64,000 nt of DNA from Ramazzottius varieornatus (lineage: Eukaryota > Animalia > Tardigrada), in contig BDGG01000002.1 in assembly GCA_001949185.1 (NCBI GenBank), positions 7,182,448 to 7,246,447 on the forward strand, written 5' to 3'. The stretch's first letter is position 1; each line of letters starts with the position of its first letter. The position numbers and the translations under genes are program-made. This document shows positions 40,292 to 52,337 of the stretch, piece after piece. The notes under the pieces are model-generated. The model saw nothing but the letters and a program-made list of their open reading frames with translations, had not been told where the DNA came from and did not search any database.

Positions 40292-40766
40292 GAATTTTGG
40301 AACGAGTTTCTCTTCTAAATGTGAAGGACGGACCGGTTTCCAGAACTTGAGTTTTATTGAAGTTTTTTTCCATTCGTTTTCTTTCTTTCATTAGTTTCTA
40401 CTTTTTACCTTACGTTACAAAGTTGTATCCGTCTTAAAACTATGCTGCTCCCATAATATCTCGCGTACTTGTCGCTCTGCTCACAGCTGGACAATTCCAC
40501 AGTCACACCACACGGAGGAACAAAAGTTTTTAGAATCCATACAGAAGCCGGTAGTAACTGCGAAAAAAATATTGTAGAAGTTATACTACAACTACAGTGT
40601 ACTGTGAGAGAAATCAACGGAGATTACGAACCGAGAAAGCACCGATAAAACCTGAACTGCATATGAAATGGCCACCGTTGAGGCAGGAACAATCCTCAAA
40701 CACAAGTAAGAATAAAAATAAAACATTATACTCAGATCAGAACTGAATGTAGAACTTTCGGTTTGG

Positions 40767-43554
40767 CTACTTCTTGCGACTTCCCATTCTCTTTCCCACT
40801 GTTGAGGCATAGAAGACGAGCTCTTTCAGCGGAATGCTGTAACTCACAACGCCAATGCAATACCTCCATACATTCGAATAATTGAATATCTGTCTTACCT
40901 ATGGAGAGTTTTGGCAGCGTATCCATTCTTCTTCTTCGGGAAGTACAAGTCAACTTCGGTCTTGTTGCCTTTCCCGTCCACCTTGGAGATGGTACCTTCT
41001 TCCTCATTCAGCGGATCAGCATCAGTCAGGTACGTGGCTATCTGACCAACTGTGACCAAGTCAGGAACGCGCTTGATACTTTTCATCTCTACGGAGGGAG
41101 TTTCGTCTGAGCCGCTAAACCACTTGACGACGTATTCGTCGCCTCTCGCCTTCTTCTTCACCGTCGCCGGGTAGTAGATCATCGCTTTTCCTTGTTGCCA
41201 CTTCACAAAGACCACCTCACCTGACAATCAAACTGTGACTAGACCATCGAAGTTACGTAGAAGATGAATATTCGAAAAAAAACCCAGAAAACTGGAAGGT
41301 CGGCAGACAAACTCGACAAGATCGCTTTCGCAAGTGGCGCACGCTCCCAGTCAACAACAGTGAAAAAGTGCGGCACTTGAAGAAACCGGCAAGGATGTTC
41401 TTCCGTGTGGCGCGCGCTTGCAGCCAGCAACAGCGTTGACGTGTGCCACGTGGGGAAACAATCTTGTCGAGTTTGTTAGCCGAGCTTGCAGTTTTTATAT
41501 TGGCCTAAGAAAATCGTTTCTAGGCTTTTTTCATCGAAAAACGGAATTTTGCTTGTACCTGGTGCAATCTCTTCGACGGCAGAAGCGTTACTCGGACTAC
41601 GAGTGCGGCTACGTGATAGAGACTTCGCAGCGATGAGATCTTCCTCGTCATTGATGAATTCTTCGGCAGAGTCGACATCAATTACGCTAGCCTTCTTTGT
41701 CCGAGCTCCGGACCGTTCGGCAGGTCTTCGTGAGCCACTGGTGCTGGGAGTACCGTCGTCGTCCGACTCGTTCAGGACCATCTTCTCAGAGCCCAGGTAT
41801 TCTTCTTGCGAGTTGAAGTCAAAGCAACCCTTAGTGCGTTCCTCTTCGTGGATTCCTAACAAGTTGAATTCGAATCTGTAGGCACGAATCGATCAGCGTC
41901 TGATAAAGCCTCATATAGCGGATCTGGTTTTCCATTCTGTGCGTTCACTTACTCTGAAATCTTATTTTTGCCGCCCTGAATGTCAAACTCGACTTCATAT
42001 CGCTTCGGCACGTCCCTTCCGCCGATGACGCGAATAACGCGACCTTCGCGGTTACGGCTACTGGCAGGCACGTCTCCTCCTCGCAGACGGGAAACTTGCA
42101 CCATCCTGCCTGGCTGTAGCCAACCGGAAGGACGAAGAAGCTCGTGCTCCAGACGAACCTCGCTCTTATTCATCCCGAAGAACTTGATCAAGACTTCCCT
42201 GTGTCACACAACACATAACAAAATGCAGTCGATTGACGAATTAGGTTTTTTTATCCTTCGAACTTACCCGACTCTGGCGCTGTTATACTTTTGTACAGTG
42301 GCTGGCCAATAACAGTTGTCCCGCTTCGCCAAGGTGTGGAATCCTACAGAAACTACAGACATGTTAAGGACAGAAAATGGACACCCGGTACTGGTAGTGA
42401 CATGAGGAGAAGGTTCTTGCCTGCTTTGAATACTTTTCCTTTCTCAGTCTGGCTTCGAGCTCGGTTCTCCGCTTTTGTTTCCGGGACGCCCTGAGTGGAA
42501 GAACCAGGCTTCGACTGTGCGAAAGTGCGGAAGCGATCCGCTAGTCCAGCTTGCGGTACTTTCTTCGGCGTAGGCTCTCCGGATCTGGAAGACTCATTTA
42601 GCGACCCTTCTTCTTCGTCTGAACTATCGCTAATCACCCGTTTATTTTTTCTGCCCATCAGCGAACTGACCGGCCTTTGAATGTACTCGTCATCATCGGA
42701 CAACGCGAAGTCCAGCTTCTTCGGTGTACCCGCTGGTAGACCAGTCTTCGCGTCCACGACTGTCACTTCCGTAGCAGTACCAGGACCGGAAGAACTGAAC
42801 GGCTGGCGAGCCGTCTTCGTGTCGTCCTCTGCTTCATCATCTTCGGACGTAGAAGAGATCGCGATGACTTCAGTAGCTTCTCTTGCCGCGCCCCAGTCTC
42901 GGTAGCTTCCGGGATGCTCAGATGACATGACTGCATCGAGGATGTAAGCGAAGCCCTTGTTATCGTGCTCCAGCTTCGTCAGTATGATGTTGTACTTTCT
43001 GTCGGGCTTGAAAAAGGCCTGCAGGACTTCGAGTTGCTTTGCTTTCGGTAGCTGGGAAAACTCCTGCGGAGACTTTGGACTTATATCGCCAAAGATCTTT
43101 TGCCCTACTTGGGCCAGTAGCTTGACTCCGCTCTTGTCAGCTACTTGAACCTGGACAACCAGAAGAAGATCAGCCAACGTACACCTGCCTGCTATCATAT
43201 GAAATGACCGTCAGACATCATGCACCTGCATACACCGGCGGTAGGTGTAGCTGCCGCTGTTTTTGTGTGCAGGTATACGTCGTCAGCTGGCGAATAAACT
43301 GGCATTTTCTATTGTCTGTATTCACTTACCATGACTTTGGAAAACTGCTGGATGCCCGTTCTCTGGTCGCATCTTCTGCAGAACTCGCCGTCGTACGTAC
43401 GCAGCTGACCACGACAGATGGAGCAGCCCGAGTACACAAACTCATCGTCCTGCTTGTCGATCTTTGGGAAATGGCAGTCAGCGACATGGTGTGTGTTTTG
43501 GGACTTTGAGTGTGAATGCACCGGCTTCGACGAGACTTCTTTCAGCGTCAACAT
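40767..43554 (-). CDS. Uncharacterised protein: N-terminal Zn-ribbon OB-fold-like domain plus two tandem Tudor-like modules separated by acidic/Ser-rich linkers
   Basis: FVYSGCSIC..FCRRC..|VQVADKSG (RPA70C-type pattern); VSVGFHTLAKRDNCYWPATV..VLIKFFG; GEVVFVKWQQGKAMIYYPATV..YVVKWF; exons splice in frame (one needs a GC donor at 42420), ending ..IPLKELVFYASTVGKRMGSRKK*. Confidence 0.7.
41300..41486. repeat. Two tandem Family A palindromic repeats in intron of the OB-Tudor gene
   Basis: Two arm pairs, each N25, sharing outer arms TCGGCAGACAAACTCGACAAGAT / ATCTTGTCGAGTTTGTTAGCCGA. Confidence 0.82.
43222..43275. repeat. Family B fixed-spacer palindrome (OB-Tudor gene intron)
   Basis: GCACCTGCATAC-N31-GTGTGCAGGTA. 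Confidence 0.65.
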
Positions 43555-43941
43555 GATGAAGGCAGTCCGAAGCGAACGCTGCAGAGAAGAGGATGGCTAC
43601 AGACACTACCTATCTTCCAGATTCATACTGCTGCTCGCCTAAAATAAGAGATACGTACAGTCACGCGTCTTGGGGCCCTTGTCCATCATGGTATCTGCTT
43701 TAGAGTCTACCAAGTACAACCATGTACATACCGTTGAAGTATTCTTGCTTCTCTATTGCAAGACTCAGGTGCTATACGCAGCATTCAGTGGAGTATCCAG
43801 CAACGCAATGAAGGATTAAAAGATTAGGACAGGAGAGTACGTGCTCATCAGCTGTAACACGCGGAAAAACACAACGGAAAATTTAAAATTCCTGAAAAAC
43901 TGCAAAGAGGCCGACGTCACGTCTAGTGGGATGACGTCATG

Positions 43942-44107
43942 ACGATGCGGGGCCGCACGGTTTGTTTTGATTTTCGTGTCGGCCCATCCCAACGCACCCC
44001 ATGGATCACCTGACCAGAATCTACGATGCGGGGCCGCACGGTTTGTTTTGATTTTCGTGTCGGCCCATCCCAACGCACCCCATGGATCACCTGACCAGAA
44101 TCTACGA
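43942..44107. repeat. Exact 81-bp tandem duplication in bidirectional promoter region
   Basis: 43942-44022 identical to 44023-44103, followed by a partial ACGA. Confidence 0.95.
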
Positions 44108-44211
44108 CCGAGTGGGCGATGTGTGCCACGTGGCCATCTGCTTTTGTTTGGGTGAGCTCTTGTCACCTCACGGTTTCAGCGTGGTCTCCTTCGTCTGAAT
44201 AGTCTCATTCA

Positions 44212-44496
44212 CAGCGGTGGACGGGTGATTTATTCAGCCTAATATCGAAAATCACGACACTGCCACCTACGACCCGTCAAGAACCGGTACAACAGGCAAT
44301 CTTATCATCAGTGCGCGAATTCGATCTCTACTGAACAAGAGACTTGGTGTTCGAACGACATTCAGAACGGTATTTTTTATTTGGAAGATATTGATGGACT
44401 GAGTGCCGTTCCAAAGTTGGGCTGTGCTTGAGGTTGCGAAGCCGTTCCGTGTTTTGGCTACTGTAACTTACTGAATAAATCACCCGTCCACCGCTG
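44212..44496. mobile_element. hAT-type non-autonomous element, 285 bp
   Basis: Perfect 26-bp TIR CAGCGGTGGACGGGTGATTTATTCAG and perfect 8-bp target-site duplication CTCATTCA (44204-44211, 44497-44504). Confidence 0.95.
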
Positions 44497-44533
44497 CTCA
44501 TTCATGTTGTTTTAAATTCTTGCGCGTACCTGT

Positions 44534-44580
44534 CAGGTCACAGGTCACAGGTCACAGGTCACAGGTCACAGGTCACAGGT
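44534..44580 (+). repeat. (CAGGTCA)6+ heptamer tandem array upstream of cortactin ATG
   Basis: Six perfect units plus CAGGT. Confidence 0.95.
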
Positions 44581-44654
44581 GAATCTTGTCTCGTGGATAA
44601 TCTGGATCAAGGAGGAAGAACAAGGAGCTAGCAGTCGCGAATTTTTATCGGAAG

Positions 44655-46996
44655 ATGTGGAAGTCCCAGACGATGCCGAGTGTAGCAGTTCAGTCCAGCC
44701 AAGCTAGCGATGACTGGGACACCGATCCCGATTTTGTGGTAAGGAAGAGCCTTATGTTTTCCAAATGATTCCAGCTGTACCTTTGCAAGAGAAGATGTGA
44801 AGGCTATGTGATGGCGTATTTTGGACTGTTCTTCTTTTCAGAATGACGTTAGTGAGAAAGAGCAGCGCTGGGGCTCAAAAGCCGTCGCTGGCTCAGGCCA
44901 TCAAGAATCAACCGAGTAAGTAATGTTGGAACAGTCCATTTTCTTATTGCCCCGGCACACCCGCGCACATCTGAGCTGTCGTCGGATGTGCAAGTGCGTG
45001 ACTTTATTGTTCGTCTTCCGTAATTCAATTTTTCGTACTTGCAGCCTGAAGAAACTCCGTGAACAGGTGCAAGCAGACCATTCGAGAATTAAGCAGAAGC
45101 AATCTGAAGAAATGAACATCGGCTTTGGGTATGGAGGGAAGTTCGGCGTCGAGAAGGACCGAATGGACAAGGTACAGTACTTGTACAGTATACTGCAAAT
45201 CTGCAACGTACTACAGAGCGCTCGGTTAGCTCGCAGTTGGGAAACGTGAAAACCACAGTAAATATCTGGTCTGATTTAGAGTGCGATGGGAGCAGATTAT
45301 CACGCGCCTAAGGAGAAGCATACTTCGCAGATCGATTACCAGAAAGGTTTTGGAGGGAAGTTCGGCGTGGACGAACGTATGGACAAGTCGGCAGTGGACT
45401 GGCAGTACAAAGCGGACTCGAAGAAGCACGAATCTCAAACCGACTACAAGACAGGGTTTGGTGGTGACTTCGGTGTCCAGAAAGATCGTCAAGATAAGTC
45501 AGCAATGGGCTGGGACTACAAGGCGACTACGGAGAAGCACGATTCACAGAAGGACTACAAGACGGGCTTCGGTGGGGACTTTGGGGTGCAGAAGGACCGG
45601 CAGGACAAGTCCGCTGTCGGTTGGGACTATAAAGCCAGCAATGAGAAGCATGACTCGCAGAAGGACTACAAAGCTGGTTTCGGTGGAGAGTTCGGCGTAG
45701 AAAGTAGGCCTCAAGACAAGGCAGCTCTTGGGTGGGACCATAAAGAGGCGAAGGAGCAACATGCTTCGCAGAAAGGTGGGTGAACTTTCGAATGTAGAAT
45801 TAACACACTGAAGTTTTGGGATCGATCGGTGTATCTTTTGTAGACTACAAGACGGGTTTCGGTGGGGATTTCGGTGTCCAAATGGACAGACAGGACGCAG
45901 CGGCGGTCGGTTGGGATTATCGAGAGAAAACGGAGGCGCATGAGTCTCAAAAAGGTGCGTCTAGTATCACAACACAAAAGAAGAAATGAGTGTGAATTTA
46001 ATGCGCGTTGCTTTTCTAGATTATAAGACGGGGTTCGGTGGAAAGTTTGGTATTCAGAAAGACAGGCAAGATAAGTCGGCGGTTGGTTGGGACGAAGAGC
46101 AGAAGGAAAAACCTTATACATCTTCGGAGAAACCGAAAATCGAGAACGGTAACTTTGTCTTCTGATATTTCGACTCTGAAAAAGGTTGATGAATCTATAT
46201 TTTAGGTGCGGTGAAAGCAAGTTCGCTCCGCGCCCGGTTTGAATCAATGGCTGTAGACGAGAAGGAAGAAGCTGCCAAGCGGACGGAAGCCGAGCGCCAA
46301 CGTCGAAAAGAGCTGGAAGACGAACAGAAGGCGGCTGACAAGAAACTAGAAGAAGAACGTCAACAGCGTAATGCGAGAGAAGAGGAAGAAAGAGCGGCGG
46401 AAAGAAAGCGGTTAGGCATAGCTGACGACCAAGAAGAGGTCGAGGAAGAAAAGGAACTACGAGCACCAGCTCCTCGACAAGCATTCCGATACGACGCACC
46501 ACCTGGACAAATGACTGCAACACCCACATCGCCCTCTCACACGTCCGCGTTCAAGGCTCCAGCAAGAACATCGGATGTGGAAGTGAGATCAAGGAACCAT
46601 GCTGAGGACTCGCAGACTTTGGCGAGGAAGAAGGTGACCTCGCCGACGGAAAGTACGAAGAGCTCGGTGGAGGAGGATGAAGGCATGACTGCTGTGGCTC
46701 TTTTCGACTATCAAGCAGGTACGAACCGCAGTAACATAAACTCGTTTCAGCGTATAGCTGGCTACAGCTCATGTTAATCTGTTGTTTTATCTGTAGCGGA
46801 TGAGGACGAACTTACCTTTGAACCCGAGGATGTGATCAGGCATGTTGAGCAGTGTAAGTTGAACAGCTGGTGTCAAAGTCATAGGAGCAGGTATAACACT
46901 ATACCAGTTTTTGTAGTAGATGAAGGTTGGTGGAGGGGCGAATGCAACGGGAAGGTTGGGCTGTTCCCCGCAAACTATGTGGAAGTGAAGCAATGA
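44655..46996 (+). CDS. CTTN: Cortactin
   Basis: [12 protein letters not shown] acidic domain, 6.5 HS1/cortactin repeats ([21 protein letters not shown]), coiled coil, SH3 [20 protein letters not shown]. Confidence 0.96.
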
Positions 46997-47509
46997 AGCC
47001 GTTGAGATTGATATGGAGGAGGATGCCTTGTAGTACTGTATCGACGGACCAGATTTTTGTGCAGCTTGATGTTGCCTTCGTCCATTTCTATTGCTTTCAA
47101 GTTTTCTCCTATGATATTTGCTGTCTTTTTACTTCCAGTCGCAGTAGCTCCCAATCGCATCTCCGTAATTGTTTCCTGTTCCTTTTTTATGCTTTTATGT
47201 GGTTTCATCCTACTGTTACATTGTTTTAATTGACAGTGCCTTGTGATCATAAAGTTTGAAGTGTTCGGAGAGTTGTGTCGCGAAAGTAAAGTTGATGGCT
47301 GCCCATCGTGCTAGTCGTTTACAATTGCAGTTAAATTCAACATTTCGCGGTTATTCAAACCATAGATGCTCACTCGGCAGACCGGGGAGTTGCTGGAGGA
47401 AGCGACCGCTGACAACGCTCCTACCATTCAGATGGCTCATGTCGCCATCTGGATACCGGCAGTGCTTGATTGTTGATTTGTATACATTGGAGACTTGGAA
47501 ACTGGGAAG

Positions 47510-47638
47510 CACTGACGAGCTGCTGAACATCGTGTTGCACAAAGTTGATTGGCTTGATCGCTGCCAGAACATACGGTTGATCAGTTGATGGGCACTACTA
47601 TCAGTTTGCGCAGCACGATGTTCAGCAGCTCGTCAGTG
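47510..47638. repeat. Family C foldback element, intergenic
   Basis: Perfect 25-bp inverted arms CACTGACGAGCTGCTGAACATCGTG, extending inward with mismatches. Confidence 0.85.
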
Positions 47639-47827
47639 TTGGAAAGTTCCAACTTCCAAGTTTAGATTTCTTATCTGAACCTTCTGTGTCGTCGTTTTCT
47701 TCCAGGTTTCACAGTTCCTTCCACGACGCAACAGGTTGGACATCGCATGAGAGTGGGTCGCGTGGTCTCGTGAGACCTCCGACCACAGCTGTTGAAAAGA
47801 ATTCGCTTCAAGAGGCATTCGCGGAAG

Positions 47828-49689
47828 ATGGGACCTCATCTCGTTATCGTGCATTCTGGTATGTGCGTTGTAAACCTCATTGTACCGGTACACCGCCCGA
47901 CGCGCCCGTCTGTACAGTGTACACGTACTGTAGATTGCTGCGGGACCTGTTGAGTGTTGACTCTTTAAGCTTGGCGATGTTTTATGTATATTTCTGAGCT
48001 TCAGTAGCGACGTGTTTCTGTAGGTGCTGGCTTTTGTCGAGACGCAGCTGTCCCAGCGATCCGCAGCCTCTGTACCGATATTTGTTCCGAGGTAAGCTAG
48101 ACTGGATAATGAGGATGACTGCGATTTTGTCGGAGCCTCGAGTCTGAGTCATCCGGTCATTCCGGTTTGAAAATCTTTCTCCGACAGACGCTGAAGAAGC
48201 TTAGCGATGGAAGCAATGCGATGGAAGCCGTCTGCATGGCTATAGCCTTATTGGAGGTAATTAGTCGCACTGAGTAGAGTGTAAAGCTGCATAGCATACG
48301 TGATCATAGAAGCGGTTGAAAAACAGCTAAGCGCTCCGATGATTTCGCTCTGCAGATTGCAGACTGAATTTTGTTTCAGGATAGCCCTTTGACCAACGCA
48401 GGAAGAGGATCAAATCTGACTCGGGAAGGCGAAGTGGAGTGTGATGCTTCGGTTATGGACGGAACCAGTGGTCGTTTCGGAGCTTGTGGAGCTGTTTCCG
48501 GTACTTTTGTTCCACTACCTGGTGCTGCTGATTTGACGTATCGCCGTTAACCGAATCACATTCGCAGGAATAGAACACCCTGTATATCTGGCGAGAGCAG
48601 TTTTTGACTACCAGCAAACGCATAGACAAAATGCGCTGGGTCTTGTTCCGCCGATGTAAGTTAGGTAAGAACTAATTTTTACTATACCCCGTTCGTTAGA
48701 TGAAGACTTATTCGATCAAACACCTGCAACCGCATCTGACTGATTCGTAGGTTGCTGGTCGGACAAGGAGCCTGGAAGTTCGCGCTAAAGGAAGGAGTTG
48801 ACACCGTCCCTCCCGAGTCGCTCATCACGCCTGCAAGTCAAAGGCGGTTCGAGAGGATTACAGCGCGGTTCACCGCTCTCGAAGCTTCCTCAGAGGTCGC
48901 TGTTCCGTCCAGCGATGCGGACCAAGCGGTAGATCATAACTTGGAAGATGAGGAGAACGACAGCATGGCTCTGGACACCGTTGGTGCCATTGCTGTTGAC
49001 ACTCTCGGGAACGTGGCTGTTGCCTCGTCAAGTGGCGGACTGCAGTTCAAACATTCTGGCCGAGTTGGACAGGTTAGTAAAATCTTCGTTACATACCTTC
49101 GAAAAGCAGCAACATATGGACTGTTTTGCGGTACAGGCAGCAATATACGGGGCAGGAATTTGGTCTGAAACAGACGATGGGGATACCTATGCATGCTGCA
49201 CTTCCGGTACCGGTGAGCAGCTGATCGAGACGGACTTGGCTCGTCAACTCTGTAGAAGTCTCATACAGGAGGGGCCATTTGAGATAGCCTCCACAGTCCA
49301 GAAGAATTTTCTCCGAGGAGGTATAAAAAGTTAGTTGCTACTATGCAGACACTCGTACTGAAAGAGTTCGTTGTCGTTGCAGGTTCAGCCGATGTATCTT
49401 CACCCCGCTACATGGGTGCACTCCTGCTGCAGGTGTCAGATTGGCAGAAGACTGGACGCGCTTTCGTCCAGGTCCTCCACACTACTCCAACATTTTGCTG
49501 GGCCTATGCCAGCTCGAAGCAAGAGAAGACCAAAGTAGGTCTCTTATATCGTTGTAGTGAAATTGTGATTTACGCTTAATGTATGGGTTCTTGTTCTAGT
49601 TTGAGAGGAGCGTCCGAAAGATCGCTGGTTTATCTACTGATAGCGCTAGTAAGAGTGGTGAAGTGATGCTCACTGGCTACTTAATGTAG
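47828..49689 (+). CDS. TASP1: Threonine aspartase 1 (taspase-1)
   Basis: [32 protein letters not shown], autocleavage [33 protein letters not shown]. Confidence 0.9.
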
Positions 49690-49792
49690 CTCACCTGATC
49701 GACTGAAAGTTTTGTTTACTGTGATATGAGTAATTTTTTATCAGGCAACAATATGAAGTTGCTTTGCATGGGGTACGAAAGAAAGCAACCTT

Positions 49793-52141
49793 CTAAACTC
49801 GTGTGGCAATAGTTGAGTCGGGTTCCAGCGCGACCACACTTTTGGCCCGTAATCCTGAATGATGAGGTGGTCGAACTCGAAAGTTGAATTTGACAGTCTG
49901 AAGTGGTAGTTGCAGAAAGCCGATCATGCCTCCATACGCCAGCTTCTCCACCTCGTCGATGGTGCGCGCCAAAGGCTGGCCCTTGGTTTCCCGCAACAGC
50001 CAGGCAGCTAGGGCCGCAATTATGGCTGCTATCCCCACGAAGATAAATCCGCTGCCTTTGAACGAAGTATTCGCAGCCTTGGAGAAACAGGTACGGTGTT
50101 TGGAAGTCGGGGTTGATCTGAACAGGGTGTATTAGGGTCGAACTTACCATTAACGGCAGCAACGGGGCGATCATGCTGCCAATGCGTAGGTTGGTGCAGC
50201 AGAGGCTGAATGCGTTGTTACGAATGACTGTAGGGAACAGTTCGGTTGTGTAGACGAAGATGACGCAGCAGGTCCCCACGAATGCCAGTCTGCTGAGGAA
50301 GGCAACGATGTTTTGTGCAATGACTTCCGCGTGACTTGAACCGGGAATCACGCCAGCAATAACGGCGAAGATCCCACCCGTGAGAAAGTACGTTGCCAGA
50401 GGCAAACGGTTGCCCAGCCTGTAAAAGAATTTCAGGTGATACAATTAGAGAAGATGATGATGGAGTATGTAGGAACTGTCGTGCCTGGAAGCGACGGTGG
50501 CAGCAAGGGCAATCGGGATCAGTTCCAAAAGACCGTTGATGGCCAGGTTGAGGTAGACGTCTGTGGCGATCTCGCTGCTCAGGTACGATACACCAAGGTA
50601 CCCGAAATAGCAGGCAAACCTACGAGTCGGAAGGGGTGCAATTCGAGCCCAAAGATGGCTGGTAAACGATTATGAATGCTTTTTACCAGCAAGTGAGGCA
50701 GAGAAGAGTGGTCTTTCGGACATTGGGGCTTCGAAAACCTACGGAGAAATCCCTTGCAGATTTTCGAAGAGGAACTTTACCAGTTTTCCTTCCTGATTTC
50801 GGACACTGGAAGAAGCATGTACTCACAGTCAGCGAATGTGTACATTCGCTGATCTTCTTGGCTATGGGCCGAATGCTTCTGGGAGAACGTCCTGATTTGT
50901 GACAAGGTTTCGGCCGGTAAGGAGATGCCGTTGAATCTAGCGACAAATTGACAGGTGCTGATGACCTCGTCCAAGCGGTGCTTCAGGCAGAGCCAGGTTA
51001 AAGATTCGGGCGCAAACCTGTAATGGTGGAGAGTCCATACGGCGTACCATCAAGGACTTTAGGCAGCGTACCAATAAAGAGGAATGGCAACGACGCTCAG
51101 AGCGGCAATGAAAGCCTGTATGTGCGTCCAGTTTTGTACCAAGAACGCGATCAAGGTTATGAGCAGAACGCCCGTAGTATACTGGACCTCTGCGATAGCG
51201 CCCCAAGTCCCTCTTCGGCTGGGCGGTATCCATTCCATCATGAGCACGAAAAACGCACTGTTCATCGCCTGAATGGAAAATGTCGCATCTGACTCGGCAC
51301 TGAATTAGCGTGTGCAGTGAGGATCGTACCTGTCGCGCCACGCCCACCAAAAACCGTAGCAGGACGAATGAAATGTAGTCTCGGGAGAATACCAACGCGG
51401 TTTCCAGGACGGCGTATACTCCGTAGCTGATCAGCAGAGTGGGTCGCCGACCATACTTATCCGCTGCCCACCCAGCCAACGGTGTGGCAACCACTTGTCC
51501 TAAACAGAACAAAACAAAGAAACTGAAATGGTTCGAAAGCTTGGCTTCCAGCGACCCATTTACCGAGGAAGTAGAGAACCGAGGCGAGACTGACCAGTGA
51601 ACTCCTGTCGCATATGAGATCCATCTATCATACACGGGAAGTGCAAAACCGTTCACAAACCACTCGAGATGATGCAGTGCAGAGAATGCATCCCGTTCCG
51701 GTGGTCACGTGCTCTTCTTATTACACGGGTCAATAGTGACCTGATGTGACATGACTACCGGAAGGGATGCCTTCTCTGTACTGTAAATCTGGCGGCGTTT
51801 CTTACGTCACCAATGATGGACCACTGCCGACCCGGATATGAGTATTCGAAACCATGTGGACAGTGACAAGCAGGGTCGGAGGAATTGACCACTGCACTTG
51901 AGACATTTCCCGCCGTTGTATTCCGCCTAACAACTTCCAGAAGACTTTCCAACGGGTCACCGTGACACCGAACTGATGTAGGAGGAAGTCCGTAGAAGAT
52001 GACCACAAAATCATTGACAGCCAGCGGAATGTACGTGAAGGATATCACTATGAACTGGATAATCTGGAATCGTCCAGGATCGCCCAGGAGCTGCAGAATC
52101 TCATCTAGCTGCTTGAACTCTACCGGCTGCTCGACGGTCAT
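49793..52141 (-). CDS. SLC22 family organic cation/anion transporter
   Basis: ILQLLGDPGRFQ, DLICD, ADKYGRRP, PESLTWL, YTTELFPTVIRN, LRETKGQPL. Confidence 0.9.
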
Positions 52142-52337
52142 TTTCGACTTTACTCACCGACAAAGATACGCACTCTTACTTAACGTGACCAAGAACTAGA
52201 GTATATTCGAAGTTTCTGTTGGCATTTTACCAATCAACCTTCCTCTCCCTCGAAGCGTACTTCGGTGAGCAACAACGCCGCAGTGTGGTCGACGATAAAG
52301 TGATGCGAATTCGAGTGTTAACTCAGTCCCATATTGC

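Noticed and set aside
43816-44166. ORFs with a duplicated 27-aa unit
   Set aside because: Result of the 81-bp DNA duplication in promoter DNA; no coding evidence
45280-46100. Regularly spaced 111-bp repeats resembling a repeat array
   Set aside because: Coding cortactin repeats; eukaryotic context, no unique spacers or cas genes, so not CRISPR
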